64,000 nucleotides of DNA from Gemmatimonadales bacterium (GCA_036499125.1 DASYEH010000012.1:26275-90274); one strand, 5' to 3'; positions 43,413 through 51,242 are shown, counted from the first letter of the stretch. Notes: a model not told the origin generated them from the sequence alone. Made by a program: numbers and translations.

Positions 43413-43652
43413 ATGTCGGCGTGGGAAGCGTCCCTCGAAGAGCCACAGGAGCGCAGCGTGATGCGGCGCGGGTTCGACGAGGACGAAGAGGAGGAGAAGT
43501 TTGAAGGCGGCGGCTTCGATTTCGACGAGGATGATGAGGATTCCGCCGAAGACGAGGACGAAGATTTCGACGAGGATGACGAGGACTTCGAGGATGACGA
43601 GTTCGAGGAAGAAGCCCCGTTCAGCTTCGACGAGGACACCGACGACGAGTGA
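43413..43652 (+). CDS. Hyper-acidic small protein (79 aa), function unknown
   Basis: ATG 43413 has GGAGG 5 nt upstream. An alternative ATG at 43356 overlaps the typA stop (TGATG). By hand count about 44 of 79 residues are D/E, interspersed with Phe. Followed by a strong hairpin. Confidence 0.5.
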   Translation: MSAWEASLEEPQERSVMRRGFDEDEEEEKFEGGGFDFDEDDEDSAEDEDEDFDEDDEDFEDDEFEEEAPFSFDEDTDDE

Positions 43653-43687
43653 TCTTGCTCCGGCTCTGATTTCGACCCACTACGACG

Positions 43688-43715
43688 ACGCCCCGCCGGA
43701 TCACCGGCGGGGCGT
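43688..43715. terminator. GC-rich hairpin between convergent genes (possible bidirectional terminator)
   Basis: Perfect 12-bp stem ACGCCCCGCCGG / CCGGCGGGGCGT with a 4-nt loop ATCA. There is no clear U-tract on either strand. Confidence 0.45.
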
Positions 43716-43738
43716 TGTACTAGCCATCATGCCCGGCT

Positions 43739-44062
43739 TCAACCGTTGAGCAGCCCGGGCGTCTCGATCAGGGCATCAGCCAGTCGGTTGACGCTGGCCG
43801 GCGTGTTGTAGTCTCCGTTTGCCAGCTTCTGGGTCACCGTCTGCAGCTGGTCGGCGGTCAGCGTCCCGGTCGGCACAGTATCGCCTACCGGCAGCGAGGT
43901 CGCCGTCTCGGACAGGTCGAGCTGATCGGAGGCGGCCGCCTTCTTGTGGTGTCCGCCGTGTCCGTGGTGCGCCGCAGGAGCCGCTTCGCTGCGTGCTGCG
44001 ACTGTTGATGGCTGATTATTGACGGCCCCGGTGCCAGCGCCGTTGAGTGGGTCGATTGCCAT
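43739..44062 (-). CDS. flgM: Anti-sigma-28 factor FlgM
   Basis: 107 aa with a disordered N-terminus. The C-terminal block QKLANGDYNTPASVNRLADALIE fits the FlgM pattern (..G.Y.vd...iAd.l). Has flagellar context and a sigma-28-like promoter upstream. Confidence 0.6.
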   Translation of the reverse strand: MAIDPLNGAGTGAVNNQPSTVAARSEAAPAAHHGHGGHHKKAAASDQLDLSETATSLPVGDTVPTGTLTADQLQTVTQKLANGDYNTPASVNRLADALIETPGLLNG

Positions 44063-44138
44063 GGTCTCACCTCACCGAAGAATGCTCACCGTCCCGGAGA
44101 ATAGGCCCCTCTGCCTCTGGGCACCACCGAGCGTCTCC

Positions 44139-44167
44139 TCTATCGGTCGAACTGACCAGAATATGAG
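44139..44167 (-). promoter_or_regulatory. Sigma-28 (FliA)-type promoter candidate for flgM: CTCATA-N15-CCGATAGA
   Basis: On the minus strand, CTCATA is at 44167-44162 and CCGATAGA at 44146-44139, with a 15-nt spacer. Both hexamer and octamer are identical to the fliC copy. They match the sigma-28 -10 consensus GCCGATAA. Confidence 0.5.
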
Positions 44168-44169
44168 CG

Positions 44170-44619
44170 TCAACCCCGACGATCAAAGAGGCTCGGCACG
44201 CTGACTCGCGAGCCGCTGCCATACCCTCCGAAGACGGTCTCCAGCGCCCGCCCGGAACGCTGGATCTGCTCAGCCACACCCTGGGTCGCCCGGCCGATCT
44301 CGGCGGCGAGCGTCTGCGCCTCGGTGCCGGCCAGTGCTCGCTCTCGTTGGACCTCAGCGTGGAGGTCGGCCAGCCGTGCCGCCCGTGGACCGGTCGCTGC
44401 TGCGGTCTGGGCAGCCACCCGGAACGACAGCAGCTGGTCATCCCGGACCGAAATGTCGGCGACCAGGGCACGCGCCTGGGAGGTGAACCGATCGAGCAGG
44501 CCAGCATCCGCCATCCGCACGACGGCACGTTGCGCCTCGAGGATATGCCGGTAGCGCGCCAGGTCGGCCAACTGGGCCGCCAGCAACGCGGCCGCGTCCT
44601 CTTTCTCGTCCAGCTTCAC
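44170..44619 (-). CDS. Putative flagellar export chaperone (FlgN/FliT-like)
   Basis: 149-aa helical protein directly after fliS (GTGA overlap). The assignment rests on position and helical/leucine-rich character only. Confidence 0.4.
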   Translation of the reverse strand: MKLDEKEDAAALLAAQLADLARYRHILEAQRAVVRMADAGLLDRFTSQARALVADISVRDDQLLSFRVAAQTAAATGPRAARLADLHAEVQRERALAGTEAQTLAAEIGRATQGVAEQIQRSGRALETVFGGYGSGSRVSVPSLFDRRG

Positions 44620-45014
44620 GCGGCCGGTGCCTCGGCCAAGCCGCTGAGCTGGTTGGCAGCACCTTCCCAGGCCTCGTGCAGTTCGGCCACGATTTTCGTC
44701 GCGGCATCGAGACGCTTCAGGTCAGGCTTGCGATGGATCGCCGAGAACTCCTTGAGCAGCCATTCATAGAGCGATGCCAGCTGTCGCGCCAGGCTGCCAC
44801 CGGCCTCGTAGTTCAGCGAAATCAGCAACTCGCGCACGATCTCCTCAGCCTTGAGCAACCGTTCGCCGCGCAACTCGATTTCGCCTTGTTCAAGATGCCG
44901 GCGCGCCTGGCGCAACTGCACCAGCAGGTGGGTATAGAGCATGACCAGGCGACGCGCTGGCGTCATGGCCATCACGTCCATCTCCCGATAGCGATTGCCC
45001 GTCCCGTAACTCAT
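44616..45014 (-). CDS. fliS: Flagellin-specific chaperone FliS
   Basis: 132 aa. The MTPARRLVMLYTHLLVQLRQA...KAEEIVRELLISLNYEAGG..LA.QLASLYEWL pattern is typical of FliS. It abuts the fliD stop (TAAATG). Confidence 0.8.
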   Translation of the reverse strand: MSYGTGNRYREMDVMAMTPARRLVMLYTHLLVQLRQARRHLEQGEIELRGERLLKAEEIVRELLISLNYEAGGSLARQLASLYEWLLKEFSAIHRKPDLKRLDAATKIVAELHEAWEGAANQLSGLAEAPAA

Positions 45015-46997
45015 TTAGCTGCTCGAAGAAGAGGTTGTGTCGGAGCCGGTGGTGCCGCCGAGGCTGCCCAGCAGCGATGAAGCGCCCTGCTTGAGGCTTG
45101 CAATCGCCGCTTCCATCGCGGCGTACTGCGACACCAGCGATGCCCGCTGGAGCGCCAGGCGTGCGTCGATGTCAGCGACTCGGCTTACCAGCGAATCGTT
45201 CTGGGTGACCAGCGCCGCATTGCGCTGATCGAACTGCCCGCTGGCAGTGTCCAGGTAATTGGCGAGAAAGTTGTTCAACGATGCGGCGGCACCCTCGCTG
45301 ATGGTGACCGATCCGACGTCGCCCGTGTCGCTGCCCGCGTAGCGCACCGTCACGCCGGCGAGCGGCGAACCGGTGTTGGCCACCAGTATCGATCCCGAGC
45401 CGGTCGCGACGAAGCCGCCGATGGTACCCTGCACATCGGTACCGTGGCTGGTCGCGGGAATACCCCAGACCGCGCCGGTGCCATCGTCGGTCCCGGTTGC
45501 CGTGATTGAAATTCCGGCGGCGCTGCCAGCGTTCTGGTGGGTGAAGACCACGTCGTTGCCGTTGGCGGACACATTGATCGCCAAGCCGGCCGCGGTGGCC
45601 GCGGTCTGCATTGCGGTGACGATCTGTGCGGTCGTCATGCCGGAGCTCAGTGTGACGTCCGCGCTCTTGCCGTTCTGGGTGTCGGTCAGCGTGACTACAT
45701 CAGGCGTGCCGCCGTCGTCATATGTACCGCTGAAACCGGTGGTGCTCAGCGTCGCATAGGTTGCAGGTGCCGTGATGTTGACATCGTAGGTGCCGCTTGC
45801 GCCATTGCCGCTCGACACTGCGGTGAGCGCGCTGTTGCTCGACGACAGCTGCTCGTCAAATAGCGCGGTCAGGTCATTGTACCGCGTGCTGAAGGCCGTC
45901 GCGAACTTGGTGCTGTCAAAGGTCAGCTTGCCATCGGAGCCGAGCGAGATTCCCACACTCGCCACCGTGGTCATGTCGGCGGCTGCGCCGAATACGCTCT
46001 GCAGCAGCGTTGCCGGCAGCTGCGAGCGCACGTCGCGGATCATCGAGTCGCCATACAACGGCGGGGTGGTGGTCGTACCGTCGCTGTTCTGGGTGACCGT
46101 CCCCTGCGCCTGCACGAAACTGACCACCGCGTTGTACGCCGTCACGAAGTTCTGGATCGTGGTGGTTGCAGCCGAGCTATCGCGCCCCACGGAGATCGAC
46201 GTCTTGGCGACGTTGGTCGGGTCGGCCTGGGTCAGCGTCAGCGTCACGCCGGCGATCGCATCGCTCACCGTATTGCTGCTGCGGACCAGCGCGATGCCGT
46301 CGAGCGAGAAGTTGGCGTCGGCGCCCTGGACCAGGACTGCCGAAGCCGGAATCGCTTCCGTCGCATTGAGCAGGCCGAGCGATTGCAGTGCTGTGCCGCC
46401 TGCCGTGTCGGCGAGGGCGATGCCAGCGCTGCCGCTGGTGTTGCTGGTCAGGATCAGCCGGTTATCGGTCGGCGAAACGCTCAGGATCGACGCGGTCACG
46501 TTGAGTGGCGTGGTGCCGCTGTTCAGGGCGTTGATCTTGTCGCGCAGCGTCGACAGCGTATCGCTGGCGGAAAGCGTGACCGTCTGGCCCTGGATCGTGA
46601 AGCTGCCGCTCAGGTTGAGCGGCGTGGTGGCGCTGGCCTGGCTCCCCGATCCGAGCTTGGCGGCGGCCGCCAACTGGGTCACCTGCAGGGTGTACGAAGC
46701 CGGCGTCGCATCGCTCGTCGACGTGACGGTGGCGAGCGGGCTGCTCCCCGCCAGCACCGACGTGCTGGCCTGAGTCGCGGTAAACGCGGTGCCATCGGCC
46801 ATCGCACTCACCGACGTCTGCAGCGCGGTCATCAGCGCTTGGTAGCTCGTCAGCGCGGCCTGCTGATTCGAGATGTCGGTTTCCTTCGACTCCATCTGCA
46901 CGGCCGGTTGCCGTGCCTGTGCAATGATCGCGTCGATCAGGCTCGACGTATCGATTCCGGAGATCAGGCCGCTGATGCTCGAGAGCGGTGTCGTCAT
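45015..46997 (-). CDS. fliD: Flagellar filament cap protein FliD (HAP2)
   Basis: 660 aa. N-terminus ISGLISGIDTSSLIDAIIAQARQP and C-terminal FliD_C-like helix (RYAAMEAAIASL). Confidence 0.85.
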   Translation of the reverse strand: MTTPLSSISGLISGIDTSSLIDAIIAQARQPAVQMESKETDISNQQAALTSYQALMTALQTSVSAMADGTAFTATQASTSVLAGSSPLATVTSTSDATPASYTLQVTQLAAAAKLGSGSQASATTPLNLSGSFTIQGQTVTLSASDTLSTLRDKINALNSGTTPLNVTASILSVSPTDNRLILTSNTSGSAGIALADTAGGTALQSLGLLNATEAIPASAVLVQGADANFSLDGIALVRSSNTVSDAIAGVTLTLTQADPTNVAKTSISVGRDSSAATTTIQNFVTAYNAVVSFVQAQGTVTQNSDGTTTTPPLYGDSMIRDVRSQLPATLLQSVFGAAADMTTVASVGISLGSDGKLTFDSTKFATAFSTRYNDLTALFDEQLSSSNSALTAVSSGNGASGTYDVNITAPATYATLSTTGFSGTYDDGGTPDVVTLTDTQNGKSADVTLSSGMTTAQIVTAMQTAATAAGLAINVSANGNDVVFTHQNAGSAAGISITATGTDDGTGAVWGIPATSHGTDVQGTIGGFVATGSGSILVANTGSPLAGVTVRYAGSDTGDVGSVTISEGAAASLNNFLANYLDTASGQFDQRNAALVTQNDSLVSRVADIDARLALQRASLVSQYAAMEAAIASLKQGASSLLGSLGGTTGSDTTSSSSS

Positions 46998-47023
46998 CTC
47001 ACACCAACCATGGTTTGTGGCGT

Positions 47024-47045
47024 GGGGGCCGCGTGCGCGACCCCC
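47024..47045 (-). terminator. Hairpin after fliC (possible terminator/attenuator before fliD)
   Basis: On the minus-strand RNA, GGGGGUCGCG-CA-CGCGGCCCCC forms about 9-10 bp including one G-U pair. No U-tract follows. Confidence 0.3.
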
Positions 47046-47063
47046 TCACCGGTGAACTGCCGT

Positions 47064-48164
47064 TTAGCGCAGCAGCGTCAGGACTTCCGACGCCGACTGG
47101 TTGGCCTGGGAAATCATGGCCATGCCAGCCTGCTGCAGGATGTTGTACTTCGTGAACTGCGTCGTTTCCGCCGCCATGTCGGCATCCCGAATCGTCGATT
47201 CGGCTGCGGTCACGTTCTGGCCAATCGTCGCCACGTTGGTGCTGGCGAAGTTGATCCGGCTTTCCGCGGCGCCGATGGTGCCGATCGCCGTGTTGGTCTT
47301 GTCGACCGCTCCGTCGATGGCCGTCAGGGCGGTCTGCGCGTTGGTGGCGCTGTTGAGGTCGAGGCCCGTCAGTCCGAGACCAGCGACCGTCAGGTCAACC
47401 GCATTCAGCGTGATCAGGTCGTTGGTGCCGTACGAACCGCTGGAGCTGACCATGAACGACGCACTGTTGCCAGCGACGACGACATTGCCGACGCCGCTGT
47501 CAGCGACGTAACCTGTCCCGGTGGTAAGCGTGATGCCGAGCGCGCTGAAGTTCAGCGTCTGCGCGCCCGCGACGTCGGTCAGCGTCTGGCTGATGCCGCC
47601 GCTCGTCATCGTGAGGTGACCCGCCGAGCCTGAGGTCAGCGTGTACGTACCAGCCGGCGCGCCTGACGCCGTGGCGCCCGTCACGCCCGTCACGGCAAGC
47701 ACGGTGGAGTGGCCGCTGCCGCTTGCCGTGTCCACCGTCGCACCGAACGTCCCATTTACCAGCGCACTGCCCTGGTACTTGGTCGTCGCGGCAATCCGGT
47801 CGATTTCGGCCGTCAGCTGGGCAAACTCTGCCGTCAGCTTCGGCGCCTGGGTGCCGATCGAGGCCGAGTTGGCTTCGGTCGCCAGTTCCTTGAGCCGGTC
47901 GAGGATCGTCGAGACGGTGTTGGTAGCGCCGTCAGCGATCTGGAGCATTGAGCTGGCCTGCGACGCGTTGCGTCCGGCCTGTGCCAGCGAGGCGCCTTCG
48001 CCACGCAGCTTGTTGGCGATCGCCAGGCCTGCGGCGTCGTCACCGGCGGAGTTGATGCGGAAGCCTGAGGAGAGCCGGGTGATCTCCTTGTTCAGGTTCA
48101 TGCCCGACATGCCAACGTTGAGCAGTGCTGAGTTGGCGCCGAGGTTGGTCTGGATACTGGCCAT
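47064..48164 (-). CDS. fliC: Flagellin
   Basis: Start ATG 48164 (MASIQTNLGANSAL...RLSSGFRINSAGDDAAGLAIANKLR) preceded by AGGGAGGA. The conserved C-terminus is ...QAGMAMISQANQSASEVLTLLR. Confidence 0.9.
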   Translation of the reverse strand: MASIQTNLGANSALLNVGMSGMNLNKEITRLSSGFRINSAGDDAAGLAIANKLRGEGASLAQAGRNASQASSMLQIADGATNTVSTILDRLKELATEANSASIGTQAPKLTAEFAQLTAEIDRIAATTKYQGSALVNGTFGATVDTASGSGHSTVLAVTGVTGATASGAPAGTYTLTSGSAGHLTMTSGGISQTLTDVAGAQTLNFSALGITLTTGTGYVADSGVGNVVVAGNSASFMVSSSGSYGTNDLITLNAVDLTVAGLGLTGLDLNSATNAQTALTAIDGAVDKTNTAIGTIGAAESRINFASTNVATIGQNVTAAESTIRDADMAAETTQFTKYNILQQAGMAMISQANQSASEVLTLLR

Positions 48165-48170
48165 CGTGGT

Positions 48171-48210
48171 GTTCCTCCCTAAACGGTTGCCCGGAGCATC
48201 CATGCTCCGG
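48171..48210 (-). promoter_or_regulatory. fliC 5' leader: GGA-loop hairpin plus GGA-containing Shine-Dalgarno (CsrA-type binding sites, predicted)
   Basis: The minus-strand RNA reads CCGGAGCA-UGGA-UGCUCCGG (48210-48191), an 8-bp stem with GGA in the tetraloop. The loop region GCAUGGAUGC resembles the CsrA consensus RUACARGGAUGU. The SD AGGGAGGAAC lies at 48180-48171. Confidence 0.45.
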
Positions 48211-48238
48211 TAGCTCTGCGAAACCGCGAGCCGTCCGT

Positions 48239-48267
48239 TCTATCGGTTGGAACCCGATGACTATGAG
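48239..48267 (-). promoter_or_regulatory. Sigma-28 (FliA)-type promoter candidate for fliC: CTCATA-N15-CCGATAGA
   Basis: On the minus strand, CTCATA is at 48267-48262 and CCGATAGA at 48246-48239, with a 15-nt spacer. It lies 11 nt after the fliW stop. Confidence 0.55.
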
Positions 48268-48277
48268 CCGAAGGCCG

Positions 48278-48718
48278 CTAGGCGGCCGGCTCCGCCGCCC
48301 CGAGCAGGGCGTCGAGATCGAGCGGTTCGGCGGTGCCGTGGCTCGAATCGGTCAGGATCACCTGCTCCCCTGATCCCACGGCGCGGTCGATCAGCACCGG
48401 AGCCCGCAGGTTGGCGGTTGTCTGGCGGTCCTGGCCGGGCAGGGTAACGATGGCGTAGGCCTCCTCGCCGGCCGCGATCTCGGTGCCGGTCGCCGTGCCG
48501 TAATCCACCAGCAGGAACGCCAGCTCGGGGAGGTCGGCCGACTGCAACCAGCGCAACGCCGGCGCCGGTGTCGTCAGCACCACGAACCGCTCGGCCTGAG
48601 GGAAGCCTGGCAACCCGCCGGCAAAGCGCAGAACATCATCAGGGGTAATCTCCAGCGTGCCGAACAGCCGGGTCGCGATGGTCGTGGCGGTGCTGTCCAG
48701 CTGAAGCGCGGCGGTCAT
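48278..48718 (-). CDS. fliW: Flagellar assembly factor FliW
   Basis: 146 aa. The FAGGLPGFPQAERFVVL and NLRAPVLI blocks are typical of FliW (DUF180). ATGA overlap with flgL. Confidence 0.8.
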   Translation of the reverse strand: MTAALQLDSTATTIATRLFGTLEITPDDVLRFAGGLPGFPQAERFVVLTTPAPALRWLQSADLPELAFLLVDYGTATGTEIAAGEEAYAIVTLPGQDRQTTANLRAPVLIDRAVGSGEQVILTDSSHGTAEPLDLDALLGAAEPAA

Positions 48719-49590
48719 GTAGTTCCCAGGTAGTTGACGAGGCTGGTACTGAGGATCCTGCTGGTCGCGAGCAAGCCGGCCTGCAGCGAGTTCTGCATGG
48801 TGGCCAGGCTGAGCGTGGCTTCTTCGATCGGGATGTCGGCGGCGGCGCTTCGCGTCGCGGCCAGCGACGTCGCCTGGCTCGTCAAGGCGTCGGTCGCTGA
48901 CGACAACGTGTTGGTGCGCGCTCCGACGCCGGCGAGCGTGGTCTGGGTCTGATCAAAGGCGCTATCCAGACCGCTGATCGTGTTCCGGATCGCCGTCTGG
49001 TCGCCGCCCTGCAACGCGGTTTCCAGCGACTGCATCGACGACAGCACCCCGGAGTCCACGAAGATCTGCTGGCCGCTGTCGACCGTCGGCATCATGTTGC
49101 CTTGTGAAATCTCCGTCTGGCTCGACACGTTGTTGCCGCTGTAGGTCCCGTCCGCCGCAAACGGCGGGCTGCCGGTGTTGGTGCCGCCAAAGACAAACTG
49201 GTCACCGATCTTGAGGTTCCCCATCGAGATCACCTGGTCGATCAGCTGCTGCACCTCGGCGGCCGCGGCGGCCGAGGTTGTCCCGGAGTTCGCGCTCCCC
49301 TGCTCGGTGGCGATCTCCTTGACCCGGTTCATGATGTCGGTGACCTGGTCCAGCGTCGATTCCTCGCTGGTCAGCGAGGCCTGTGCTGAGGTAATGTTGC
49401 GCCGATACTGGGTATTAGCGCGGGTTGCCGCGTCGGTCTTGAGCACCGTCGCTGCCGCAGCCGGGTCGTCGGAGACGTTGGCGTTCCGCTGGCCGGACGA
49501 GACCTGGGTCGAGGCAATGGCGACCTGCTGGTATTGCTGCTGCAGCTGACTGAGCTGTTGCGAGTAGAGCAGGCTATTGGTGATGCGCAT
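48715..49590 (-). CDS. flgL: Flagellar hook-associated protein 3 FlgL
   Basis: 291 aa with a flagellin-N-like MRITNSLLYSQQL...SSGQRNANVSDDPAAAA and a flagellin-like C-terminal helix. Confidence 0.8.
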   Translation of the reverse strand: MRITNSLLYSQQLSQLQQQYQQVAIASTQVSSGQRNANVSDDPAAAATVLKTDAATRANTQYRRNITSAQASLTSEESTLDQVTDIMNRVKEIATEQGSANSGTTSAAAAAEVQQLIDQVISMGNLKIGDQFVFGGTNTGSPPFAADGTYSGNNVSSQTEISQGNMMPTVDSGQQIFVDSGVLSSMQSLETALQGGDQTAIRNTISGLDSAFDQTQTTLAGVGARTNTLSSATDALTSQATSLAATRSAAADIPIEEATLSLATMQNSLQAGLLATSRILSTSLVNYLGTT

Positions 49591-49625
49591 GGCGTCGGGC
49601 CCCGGACGAGATTGGCGGTCAGCCC

Positions 49626-49654
49626 TTTATCGGATAAGTTTGAGATGACTTGAG
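49626..49654 (-). promoter_or_regulatory. Sigma-28 (FliA)-type promoter candidate for flgL-fliW: CTCAAG-N15-CCGATAAA
   Basis: On the minus strand, CTCAAG is at 49654-49649 and CCGATAAA at 49633-49626, with a 15-nt spacer. Geometry is the same as the fliC and flgM copies. Confidence 0.45.
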
Positions 49655-49709
49655 CGTTCTCTTCGCGGAGCCGGCCTCAGGTCAGTACCCCACATCACCT
49701 TCGAGCCTC

Positions 49710-51104
49710 GTGACGACCGTCAAGACGATCCTCTGCGTGGAAGACGATCCGGCGACCGCCGCCCTGTATGAGCATGCGCTCAACAGCCTGGGCTACGGAG
49801 TCGTGCTGTCGGCCGACGGCGGCGAGGCGCTCGCCATCGTCGCGTCTCGTCCGATCGACCTGATCCTTGCTGACTGGCGCATGCCAAGCATGACGGCGCT
49901 CGACCTCCTCGACGCGCTGGCCGAGGCCGGTCACCGGATTCCGGTCATCATCGCCACCGGCCAGTCGAGCATTGAACACGCGGTGCAGGCGATGCGCCGG
50001 GGCGCCGTCGACTATCTCACCAAGCCGGTCCGGTTGCAGACCCTCGAACTCACCGTGCAACATGCGCTCGACTATGCGCGGCTGAGGGAAGAGAACGAAA
50101 CCTTCCGGGAAGAGATCACCCGGATTGAAACGCGCCGCAAAATTGTCGGCCGCAGCCGGGCGATGCGCGAGCTGCAGGACGCCATCGCCACCGTGGCGCC
50201 CACCCGCGCGGCCGTTCTGATCGAGGGGGAATCAGGCACCGGCAAGGAGCTGGTGGCGCGCTCGATCCACGAACAGAGTGGCCGTCGCGAGCGCCCCTTC
50301 ATCACGGTCAACTGCGCCGCACTTCCCGATGGCCTGGTCGAGAGCGCCCTGTTCGGTCACGAAAAGGGCGCCTTCACCGGAGCCACGTCGCGCTCGGCCG
50401 GCGCCTTTGAACGCGCCCACACCGGCACCCTCCTGCTCGATGAAGTCTCCGAAATGCGGCTCGACCTGCAGGCCAAGCTGCTGCGCGCAATTCAGGAGCA
50501 GGAGTTCGAGCGGGTCGGCGGCCGCGAGCTGATTCACGTCGACGTGCGTATCGTCGCGACCACCAATCGGCGGCTCCGCGACGAGGTCGATGCCGGTCGC
50601 TTTCGCGCCGACCTCTACTATCGCCTGCAGGTGGTGCCGCTGTTCACCCCGTCGCTGCGCGACCGCACCGATGATATCCCCGCGCTGGTCCAGCACTTTC
50701 TCCAGCGCGCCACCGAGTCGACCGGCGTTTCCGTTCCGGCCCTCTCGGTCGAGGCGATGGCGTTCCTGCAGGCCTATCCTTGGCCCGGCAACATTCGTGA
50801 GCTCGCCAACGCGATCGAGCGTGCCGTGATCCTTTCGCGTGGCCGACCGCTGGCACCCGAGTTCTTTGGACTGCTGGCCCGATCACCAATGCAGACGATG
50901 CAGACCGCACCGATGCTCCCGGCCAAGCCAGTCGGTGACGGTGACAGCGCCGATCTCTTGCCGATCAACCTCGCTGATCTCGAACGGATCGCCATCCAGC
51001 GTGCGCTCGGCGCGACCGGCGGCAACCGCACCCGCGCCGCTCGCCTTCTCGGTATCAGCGAGCGCACCCTTCGCAACAAGCTGAACGTCCCGCCACTCAA
51101 CTAG
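49710..51104 (+). CDS. Sigma-54-dependent response regulator (NtrC/FleR/FlrC family)
   Basis: REC domain (phospho-Asp context LILADWRMP). AAA+ domain with GESGTGKE, the GAFTGA loop (EKGAFTGA) and LLLDEV. Fis-type HTH RAARLLGISERTLRNKL. I prefer GTG 49710, because the longest start (TTG 49650) sits inside the divergent flgL promoter motif. Confidence 0.85.
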   Translation: MTTVKTILCVEDDPATAALYEHALNSLGYGVVLSADGGEALAIVASRPIDLILADWRMPSMTALDLLDALAEAGHRIPVIIATGQSSIEHAVQAMRRGAVDYLTKPVRLQTLELTVQHALDYARLREENETFREEITRIETRRKIVGRSRAMRELQDAIATVAPTRAAVLIEGESGTGKELVARSIHEQSGRRERPFITVNCAALPDGLVESALFGHEKGAFTGATSRSAGAFERAHTGTLLLDEVSEMRLDLQAKLLRAIQEQEFERVGGRELIHVDVRIVATTNRRLRDEVDAGRFRADLYYRLQVVPLFTPSLRDRTDDIPALVQHFLQRATESTGVSVPALSVEAMAFLQAYPWPGNIRELANAIERAVILSRGRPLAPEFFGLLARSPMQTMQTAPMLPAKPVGDGDSADLLPINLADLERIAIQRALGATGGNRTRAARLLGISERTLRNKLNVPPLN

Positions 51105-51226
51105 CGCTCGCGGCAACCTTCGCCGCCTGTCTGGAACTTTCTTCCGGCCCTCGGTAGCGCACCGCCGTACCCCAAAAATGCACCTAAGTGGCACTGGCTC
51201 AACTGGTTAGCCACCCCGCCTGAGCA

Positions 51227-51242
51227 CGGTATGCGGCTTGCT
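51227..51242 (+). promoter_or_regulatory. Candidate sigma-54 promoter upstream of flgB (cGGtatg-N4-TTGCt)
   Basis: GG at 51228-29 and GC at 51240-41 have the GG-N10-GC spacing of TGGCAC-N5-TTGCW, and the -12 element TTGCT is good. The -24 flank is weak. It lies 37 nt upstream of the flgB ATG, next to a sigma-54 activator gene. Confidence 0.3.

Noticed and set aside
43440-43650. Repetitive GA(N)GA(N) DNA that looks like a tandem repeat.
   Set aside because: It is simply the codon-level consequence of the D/E-rich coding sequence (GAC/GAT/GAG/GAA runs). There is no unit repeat with spacers, so it is not CRISPR-like or a VNTR.
46383-47633. 416-aa plus-strand ORF spanning the fliD/fliC intergenic region.
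   Set aside because: It runs antisense to two strongly supported flagellar genes and crosses their intergenic hairpin. Its Arg/Gly-rich composition is typical of out-of-frame GC-rich sequence.
51175-51196. ATGCACCTAAGTGGCAC as a possible NtrC-type enhancer palindrome (TGCACC-N5-GGTGCA).
   Set aside because: The right half, GGCACT, matches GGTGCA at only about half the positions. There is a single copy and no second site, which is too weak to call.
51189-51203. Perfect TGGCAC hexamer upstream of flgB as the sigma-54 -24 element.
   Set aside because: The position where the -12 TTGC should lie reads CAAC (51200-51203), so the GG-N10-GC rule is not met. The weaker-looking site at 51227-51242 fits the spacing better.
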